In this document: piece by piece, positions 54,247 through 64,000 of the stretch | Layout of the letters: the number at the start of each line of letters is the position of its first letter | Numbering within the stretch: the first letter of the stretch is position 1 | Made by a program: the position numbers and the translations under genes | Notes under the pieces: generated by a model | What the model saw: only the letters and a program-made list of their open reading frames with translations | Told to the model about the DNA's origin: nothing | Database searches by the model: none | NCBI GenBank assembly: GCA_964057225.1 | Contig: OZ059900.1 | Location: forward strand, 23,994,001-24,058,000 | Direction of reading: 5' to 3' | Length of the DNA stretch: 64,000 nucleotides | Source: Auanema rhodensis | Taxonomy: Eukaryota > Animalia > Nematoda

Positions 54247-57200
54247 TTATATCAAGCTTCATGAACAGGGACTGTTTGTGTAATAGATGATAGCAATGAT
54301 AGTTTTGTTTCTTTTTTTAATTAACTTTCCAGTACGCGAGTTATCATATTTAGAACGCGATTGCTTCATAATGAAAAATGTTTAGAGCCTGCACTGATAA
54401 TATAACTGGCAACAGGCAATACGCAAACATTTGAATGACAGCTTTATTACAATACGACTTAGTTTACTCAATCATACCAATCTTCATGAACACGGACTGT
54501 TTGTGTAATAGATAATAGCAATAATAGTTTCGTTTCTGTTTTTAATTAACTTTCCTGTACGCGAGTTATAATATTTAGAACGTGATTCCTTGATTATGAA
54601 AAATTTTTAGAGCCTGCACTGATAATATAACTGGAAACAGGCAGTACGCGATACGCAAATATTTGAATGACAGCTTTATTACAATACGACTTAGTTTACT
54701 CAATTATATCAAGCTTCATGAACACGGACTGCTTGTGTAATATATAATAGCAATAATAGTTTCGTTTCTGTTTTTAATTAACTTTCCTGTACGCGAGTTA
54801 TAATATTTAGAACGTGATTCCTTGATTATGAAAAACTTTCAGAGCCTGCACTGATAATATAATTGGAAACAGGCAGTACGCAATACGCAAACATTTGAAT
54901 GACAGCTTTATTACAATACGACTTAGTTTACTCAATTATATCAAGCTTCATGAACACGGACTGCTTGTGTAATATATAATAGCAATAATAGTTTCGTTTC
55001 TGTTTTTAATTAACTTTCCTGTACGCGAGTTATAATATTTAGAACGTGATTCCTTGATTATGAAAAACTTTCAGAGCCTGCACTGATAATATAATTGGAA
55101 ACAGGCAGTACGCAATACGCAAACATTTGAATGACAGCTTTATTACAATACGACTTAGTTTACTCAATCATACCAATCTTCATGAACACGGACTGTTTGT
55201 GTAATAGATAATAGCAATAATAGTTTCGTTTCTGTTTTTAATTAACTTTCCTGTACGCGAGTTATAATATTTAGAACGCGATTGCTTCATAATGAAAAAT
55301 GTTTAGAGCCTGCACTGATAATATAACTGGCAACAGGCAATACGCAAACATTTGAATGACAGTTTTATTACAATACGACTTAGTTTACTCAATCATACCA
55401 ATCTTCATGAACACGGACTGTTTGTGTAATAGATAATAGCAATAATAGTTTCGTTTCTGTTTTTAATTAACTTTCCTGTACGCGAGTTATAATATTTAGA
55501 ACGTGATTCCTTGATTATGAAAAATTTTTAGAGCCTGCACTGATAATATAACTGGAAACAGGCAGTACGCGATACGCAAATATTTGAATGACAGCTTTAT
55601 TACAATACGACTTAGTTTACTCAATTATATCAAGCTTCATGAACACGGACTGCTTGTGTAATATATAATAGCAATAATAGTTTCGTTTCTGTTTTTAATT
55701 AACTTTCCTGTACGCGAGTTATAATATTTAGAACGTGATTCCTTGATTATGAAAAACTTTCAGAGCCTGCACTGATAATATAATTGGAAACAGGCAGTAC
55801 GCAATACGCAAACATTTGAATGACAGCTTTATTACAATACGACTTAGTTTACTCAATTATATCAAGCTTCATGAACACGGACTGCTTGTGTAATATATAA
55901 TAGCAATAATAGTTTCGTTTCTGTTTTTAATTAACTTTCCTGTACGCGAGTTATAATATTTAGAACGTGATTCCTTGATTATGAAAAACTTTCAGAGCCT
56001 GCACTGATAATATAATTGGAAACAGGCAGTACGCAATACGCAAACATTTGAATGACAGCTTTATTACAATACGACTTAGTTTACTCAATCATACCAATCT
56101 TCATGAACACGGACTGTTTGTGTAATAGATAATAGCAATAATAGTTTCGTTTCTGTTTTTAATTAACTTACCTGTACGCGAGTTATAATATTTAGAACGC
56201 GATTCCTTGATAATGAAAAACTTTCAGAGCCTGCACTGATAATATAATTGGAAACAGGCAGTACGCAATACGCAAACATTTGAATGACAGCTTTATTACA
56301 ATACGACTTAGTTTACTCAATTATACCAAGCTTCATGAACACGGACTGCTTGTGCAATAGATGATAGCAAGGATAGTTTCGTTTCTTTTTTTAATTAACT
56401 TTCCAGTACGCGAGTTATAATATTTAGAACGCGATTCCTTGATAATGAAAAACTTTCAGAGCCTGCACTGATAATATAATTGGAAACAGGCAGTACGCAA
56501 TACGCAAACATTTGAATGACAGCTTTATTACAATACGGCTTAGTTTACTCAATCATATCAAGCTTCATGAACACGGACTGTTTGTGCAATAGATGATAGC
56601 AAGGATAGTTTCGTTTCTTTTTTTAATTAACTTTCCAGTACGCGAGTTATAATATTTAGAACGCGATTCCTTGATAATGAAAAACTTTCAGAGCCTGCAC
56701 TGATAATATAATTGGAAACAGGCAGTACGCAATACGCAAACATTTGAATGACAGCTTTATTACAATACGACTTAGTTTACTCAATCATACCAATCTTCAT
56801 GAACACGGACTGTTTGTGTAATAGATAATAGCAATAATAGTTTCGTTTCTGTTTTTAATTAACTTTCCTGTACGCGAGTTATAATATTTAGAACGTGATT
56901 CCTTGATTATGAAAAATTTTTAGTGCCTGCACTGATAATATAACTGGAAACAGGCAGTACGCGATACGCAAATATTTGAATGACAGCTTTATTACAATAC
57001 GACTTAGCTTACTCAATCATATCAAGCTTCATGAACAGGGACTGTTTGTGTAATAGATGATAGCAATGATAGTTTTGTTTCTTTTTTTAATTAACTTTCC
57101 AGTACGCGAGTTATCATATTTAGAACGCGATTGCTTCATAATGAAAAATGTTTAGAGCCTGCACTGATAATATAACTGGCAACAGGCAATACGCAAACAT

Positions 57201-60200
57201 TTGAATGACAGCTTTATTACAATACGACTTAGTTTACTCAATTATATCAAGCTTCATGAACACGGACTGTTTGTGTAATAGATAATAGCAATAATAGTTT
57301 CGTTTCTGTTTTTAATTAACTTTCCTGTACGCGAGTTATAATATTTAGAACGTGATTCCTTGATTATAAAAACTTTCAGAGCCTGCACTGATAATATAAT
57401 TGGAAACAGGCAGTACGCAATACGCAAATATTTGAATGACAGCTTTATTACAATACGACTTCGTTGACTTAGTTTACTCAATTATATCAAGCTTCATGAA
57501 CAGGGACTGTTTGTGTAATAGATAATAGCAATAATAGTTTCGTTTCTGTTTTTAATTAACTTTCCTGTACGCGAGTTATAATATTTAGAACGTGATTCCT
57601 TGATTATAAAAACTTTCAGAGCCTGCACTGATAATATAATTGGAAACAGGCAGTACGCAATACGCAAACATTTGAATGACAGCTTTATTACAATACGACT
57701 TAGTTTACTCAATCATACCAATCTTCATGAACACGGACTGTTTGTGTAATAGATAATAGCAATAATAGTTTCGTTTCTGTTTTTAATTAACTTTCCTGTA
57801 CGCGAGTTATAATATTTAGAACGTGATTCCTTGATTATAAAAACTTTCAGAGCCTGCACTGATAATATAATTGGAAACAGGCAGTACGCAATACGCAAAT
57901 ATTTGAATGACAGCTTTATTACAATACGACTTCGTTGACTTAGTTTACTCAATTATATCAAGCTTCATGAACAGGGACTGTTTGTGTAATAGATGATAGC
58001 AATGATAGTTTTGTTTCTTTTTTTAATTAACTTTCCAGTACGCGAGTTATCATATTTAGAACGCGATTGCTTCATAATGAAAAATGTTTAGAGCCTGCAC
58101 TGATAATATAACTGGCAACAGGCAATACGCAAACATTTGAATGACAGCTTTATTACAATACGACTTAGTTTACTCAATCATACCAATCTTCATGAACACG
58201 GACTGTTTGTGTAATAGATAATAGCAATAATAGTTTCGTTTCTGTTTTTAATTAACTTTCCTGTACGCGAGTTATAATATTTAGAACGTGATTCCTTGAT
58301 TATGAAAAATTTTTAGAGCCTGCACTGATAATATAACTGGAAACAGGCAGTACGCGATACGCAAATATTTGAATGACAGCTTTATTACAATACGACTTAG
58401 TTTACTCAATTATATCAAGCTTCATGAACACGGACTGCTTGTGTAATATATAATAGCAATAATAGTTTCGTTTATGTTTTTAATTAACTTTCCTGTACGC
58501 GAGTTATAATATTTAGAACGTGATTCCTTAATTATGAAAAACTTTCAGAGCCTGCACTGATAATATAATTGGAAACAGGCAGTACGCAATACGCAAACAT
58601 TTGAATGACAGCTTTATTACAATACGACTTAGTTTACTCAATTATATCAAGCTTCATGAACACGGACTGCTTGTGTAATATATAATAGCAATAATAGTTT
58701 CGTTTCTGTTTTTAATTAACTTTCCTGTACGCGAGTTATAATATTTAGAACGTGATTCCTTGATTATGAAAAACTTTCAGAGCCTGCACTGATAATATAA
58801 TTGGAAACAGGCAGTACGCAATACGCAAACATTTGAATGACAGCTTTATTACAATACGACTTAGTTTACTCAATCATACCAATCTTCATGAACACGGACT
58901 GTTTGTGTAATAGATAATAGCAATAATAGTTTCGTTTCTGTTTTTAATTAACTTTCCTGTACGCGAGTTATAATATTTAGAACGTGATTCCTTGATTATG
59001 AAAAAATTTTTAGAGCCTGCACTGATAATATAACTGGAAACAGGCAGTACGCGATACGCAAATATTTGAATGACAGCTTTAGTACAATACGACTTAGCTT
59101 ACTCAATCATATCAAGCTTCATGAACAGGGACTGTTTGTGTAATAGATGATAGCAATGATAGTTTCGTTTCTTTTTTTAATTAACTTTCCAGTACGCGAG
59201 TTATCATATTTAGAACGCGATTGCTTCATAATGAAAAATGTTTAGAGCCTGCACTGATAATATAACTGGCAACAGGCAATACGCAAACATTTGAATGACA
59301 GCTTTATTACAATACGACTTAGTTTACTCAATCATACCAATCTTCATGAACACGGACTGTTTGTGTAATAGATAATAGCAATAATAGTTTCGTTTCTGTT
59401 TTTAATTAACTTTCCTGTACGCGAGTTATAATATTTAGAACGTGATTCCTTGATTATGAAAAAATTTTTAGAGCCTGCACTGATAATATAACTGGAAACA
59501 GGCAGTACGCGATACGCAAATATTTGAATGACAGCTTTAATACAATACGACTTAGCTTACTCAATCATATCAAGCTTCATGAACAGGGACTGTTTGTGTA
59601 ATAGATGATAGCAATGATAGTTTCGTTTCTTTTTTTAATTAACTTTCCAGTACGCGAGTTATCATATTTAGAACGCGATTGCTTCATAATGAAAAATGTT
59701 TAGAGCCTGCACTGATAATATAACTGGCAACAGGCAATACGCAAACATTTGAATGACAGTTTTATTACAATACGACTTAGTTTACTCAATCATACCAATC
59801 TTCATGAACACGGACTGTTTGTGTAATAGATAATAGCAATAATAGTTTCGTTTCTGTTTTTAATTAACTTTCCTGTACGCGAGTTATAATATTTAGAACG
59901 TGATTCCTTGATTATGAAAAATTTTTAGAGCCTGCACTGATAATATAACTGGAAACAGGCAGTACGCGATACGCAAATATTTGAATGACAGCTTTAATAC
60001 AATACGACTTAGCTTACTCAATCATATCAAGCTTCATGAACAGGGACTGCTTGTGTAATAGATGATAGCAATGATAGTTTCGTTTCTTTTTTTAATTAAC
60101 TTTCCAGTACGCGAGTTATCATATTTAGAACGCGATTGCTTCATAATGAAAAATGTTTAGAGCCTGCACTGATAATATAACTGGCAACAGGCAATACGCA

Positions 60201-63200
60201 AACATTTGAATGACAGCTTTATTACAATACGACTTAGTTTACTCAATAATATCAAGCTTCATGAACACGGACTGTTTGTGCAATAGATGATAGCAAGGAT
60301 AGTTTCGTTTCTTTTTTTAATTAACTTTCCAGTACGCGAGTTATAATATTTAGAACGCGATTCCTTGATAATGAAAAACTTTCAGAGCCTGCACTGATAA
60401 TATAATTGGAAACAGGCAGTACGCAATACGCAAACATTTGAATGACAGCTTTATTACAATACGACTTAGTTTACTCAATTATATCAAGCTTCATGAACAC
60501 GGACTGCTTGTGCAATAGATGATAGCAAGGATAGTTTCGTTTCTTTTTTTAATTAACTTTCCAGTACGCGAGTTATAATATTTAGAACGCGATTCCTTGA
60601 TAATGAAAAACTTTCAGAGCCTGCACTGATAATATAATTGGAAACAGGCAGTACGCAATACGCAAACATTTGAATGACAGCTTTATTACAATACGACTTA
60701 GTTTACTCAATCATAACAATCTTCATGAACACGGACTGTTTGTGTAATAGATAATAGCAATAATAGTTTCGTTTCTGTTTTTAATTAACTTTCCTGTACG
60801 CGAGTTATAATATTTAGAACGTGATTCCTTGATTATGAAAAATTTTTAGTGCCTGCACTGATAATATAACTGGAAACAGGCAGTACGCGATACGCAAATA
60901 TTTGAATGACAGCTTTATTACAATACGACTTAGCTTACTCAATCATATCAAGCTTCATGAACAGGGACTGTTTGTGTAATAGATGATAGCAATGATAGTT
61001 TTGTTTCTTTTTTTAATTAACTTTCCAGTACGCGAGTTATCATATTTAGAACGCGATTGCTTCATAATGAAAAATGTTTAGAGCCTGCACTGATAATATA
61101 ACTGGCAACAGGCAATACGCAAACATTTGAATGACAGCTTTATTACAATACGACTTAGTTTACTCAATTATATCAAGCTTCATGAACACGGACTGCTTGT
61201 GCAATAGATGATAGCAATGATAGTTTTGTTTCTTTTTTTAATTAACTTTCCAGTACGCGAGTTATAATATTTAGAACGCGATTCCTTCATAATGAAAAAT
61301 TTTTAGAGCCTGCACTGATAATATAACTGGAAACAGGCAATACTAAAACATTTGAATGACAGCTTTATTACAATACGACTTAGTTTACTCAATTATATCA
61401 AGCTTCATGAACACGGACTGCTTGTGCAATAGATGATAGCAAGGATAGTTTCGTTTCTTTTTTTAATTAACTTTCCAGTACGCGAGTTATAATATTAAGA
61501 ACGCGATTCCTTGATAATGAAAAACTTTCAGAGCCTGCACTGATAATATAACTGGAAACAGGCAGTACGCAATACGCAAATATTTGAATGACAGCTTTAA
61601 TACAATACGACTTAGCTTACTCAATCATATCAAGCTTCATGAACAGGGACTGCTTGTGTAATAGATGATAGCAATGATAGTTTCGTTTCTTTTTTTAATT
61701 AACTTTCCAGTACGCGAGTTATCATATTTAGAACGCGATTGCTTCATAATGAAAAATGTTTAGAGCCTGCACTGATAATATAACTGGCAACAGGCAATAC
61801 GCAAACATTTGAATGACAGCTTTATTACAATACGACTTAGTTTACTCAATCATATCAAGCTTCATGAACACGGACTGTTTGTGTAATAGATAATAGCAAT
61901 AATAGTTTCGTTTCTGTTTTTAATTAACTTTCCTGTACGCGAGTTATAATATTTAGAACGTGATTCCTTGATTATGAAAAATTTTTAGAGCCTGCACTGA
62001 TAATATAACTGGAAACAGGCAGTACGCGATACGCAAATATTTGAATGACAGCTTTATTACAATACGACTTAGCTTACTCAATCATATCAAGCTTCATGAA
62101 CAGGGACTGTTTGTGTAATAGATGATAGCAATGATAGTTTTGTTTCTTTTTTTAATTAACTTTCCAGTACGCGAGTTATCATATTTAGAACGCGATTGCT
62201 TCATAATGAAAAATGTTTAGAGCCTGCACTGATAATATAACTGGAAACAGGCAATACTAAAACATTTCAATGACAGCTTTATTACAATAGGACTTAGTTT
62301 ACTCAATCATACCAATCTTCATGAACACGGACTGTTTGTGTAATAGATGATAGCAATGATAATTTCGTTTCTTTTTTCAATTAACTTTCCAGTACGCGAG
62401 TTATTATATTTAGAACGTGATTCCTTCATAATGAAAAATTTTTAGAGCCTGCACTGATAATATAACTGGAAACAGGCAATACTAAAACATTTGAATGACA
62501 GCTTTATTACAATACGACTTAGTTTACTCAATTATATCAAGCTTCATGAACACGGACTGCTTGTGTAATAGATGATAGCAAGGATAGTTTCGTTTCTTTT
62601 TTTAATTAACTTTCCAGTACGCGAGTTATAATATTTAGAACGCGATTCCTTGATAATGAAAAACTTTCAGAGCCTGCACTGATAATATAATTGGAAACAG
62701 GCAGTACGCAATACGCAAACATTTGAATGACAGCTTTATTACAATACGACTTAGTTTACTCAATCATATCAAGCTTCATGAACACGGACTGTTTGTGCAA
62801 TAGATGATAGCAAGGATAGTTTCGTTTCTTTTTTTAATTAACTTTCCAGTACGCGAGTTATAATATTTAGAACGCGATTCCTTGATAATGAAAAACTTTC
62901 AGAGCCTGCACTGATAATATAATTGGAAACAGGCAGTACGCAATACGCAAACATTTGAATGACAGCTTTATTACAATACGACTTAGTTTACTCAATCATA
63001 CCAATCTTCATGAACACGGACTGTTTGTGTAATAGATAATAGCAATAATAGTTTCGTTTCTGGTTTTAATTAACTTTCCTGTACGCGAGTTATAATATTT
63101 AGAACGTGATTCCTTGATTATGAAAAATTTTTAGAGCCTGCACTGATAATATAACTGGAAACAGGCAGTACGCGATACGCAAATATTTGAATGACAGCTT

Positions 63201-64000
63201 TATTACAATACGACTTAGTTTACTCAATTATATCAAGCTTCATGAACACGGACTGCTTGTGTAATATATAATAGCAATAATAGTTTCGTTTCTGTTTTTA
63301 ATTAACTTTCCTGTACGCGAGTTATAATATTTAGAACGTGATTCCTTGATTATGAAAAACTTTCAGAGCCTGCACTGATAATATAATTGGAAACAGGCAG
63401 TACGCAATACGCAAACATTTGAATGACAGCTTTAATACAATACGACTTAGCTTACTCAATCATATCAAGCTTCATGAACAGGGACTGTTTGTGTAATAGA
63501 TGATAGCAATGATAGTTTCGTTTCTTTTTTTAATTAACTTTCCAGTACGCGAGTTATCATATTTAGAACGCGATTGCTTCATAATGAAAAATGTTTAGAG
63601 CCTGCACTGATAATATAACTGGCAACAGGCAATACGCAAACATTTGAATGACAGCTTTATTACAATACGACTTAGTTTACTCAATCATACCAATCTTCAT
63701 GAACACGGACTGTTTGTGTAATAGATAATAGCAATAATAGTTTCGTTTCTGTTTTTAATTAACTTTCCTGTACGCGAGTTATAATATTTAGAACGTGATT
63801 CCTTGATTATGAAAAATTTTTAGAGCCTGCACTGATAATATAACTGGAAACAGGCAGTACGCGATACGCAAATATTTGAATGACAGCTTTAATACAATAC
63901 GACTTAGCTTACTCAATCATATCAAGCTTCATGAACAGGGACTGCTTGTGTAATAGATGATAGCAAGGATAGTTTCGTTTCTTTTTTTAATTAACTTTCC

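Larger units (their letters stand above)
37036..64000. repeat. Satellite B: 232-bp AT-rich tandem repeat array, about 116-117 monomers, open at the right window edge
   Basis: The unit AGAGCCTGCACTGATAATATAA...GATTATGAAAAACTTTC recurs at 37039, 37271, 37503, 37735... Length variants are 225 bp (loss of one 7-bp GCAGTAC unit, e.g. 38895-39119), 231 bp (G lost in GATTATGAAAA), 240 bp (231 plus a 9-bp GACTTCGTT) and 233 bp (extra A). Most monomers carry one HindIII site (AAGCTT). GC is 74/232 by manual count. Confidence 0.99.

Noticed and set aside
45709-57952. Thirteen near-identical 72/75-aa minus-strand ORFs (MSKLS...PCS) resembling a tandem gene family
   Set aside because: They begin at TTG, not ATG. 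They appear only in B monomers where a 1-bp G deletion happens to open the frame, and the other ~100 monomers are frameshifted. In-frame stops separate the copies and I recognise no domain. The in-frame 9-bp insertion is explained by descent within the same monomer lineage.
1-64000. CRISPR array or other repeat-spacer system
   Set aside because: Monomers are contiguous and near-identical over their full length. There are no unique spacers and no cas genes.
1-64000. Hidden insertions, inversions or unique islands within the arrays
   Set aside because: Monomer phase could be followed continuously through A (108 x 342 - 10 + 113 = 37039). I saw no strand switch or foreign sequence in B.

Overview
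This window is entirely non-coding tandem satellite DNA, most likely (peri)centromeric or heterochromatic sequence from a eukaryote. I found no gene, RNA gene, CRISPR array or transposon insertion. Positions 1-37039 are satellite A: 108 full head-to-tail monomers of 342 bp (10 are 341 bp) plus a final 113-bp partial, about 34% GC, with about 0-4 differences per monomer. Positions 37036-64000 are satellite B: about 116-117 monomers, mostly 232 bp, with 225/231/233/240-bp variants, about 32% GC, and two intermixed subfamilies. The arrays meet at a single base-sharp junction with a 4-bp TTCA microhomology that overlaps the loop of a conserved hairpin in satellite A. Read by eye, the diagnostic variants suggest a ~13-monomer higher-order repeat in A that is re-cut into 4-, 5-, 7-, 8- and 10-mer units, a hidden 2 x ~171-bp dimer origin of the A monomer, and local 2- and 5-mer higher-order repeats plus a diversity gradient in B. 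All supplied ORFs look like repeat artefacts. I cannot support a novel protein-coding system; the points of interest are structural and evolutionary. All counts are manual and should be confirmed by alignment.
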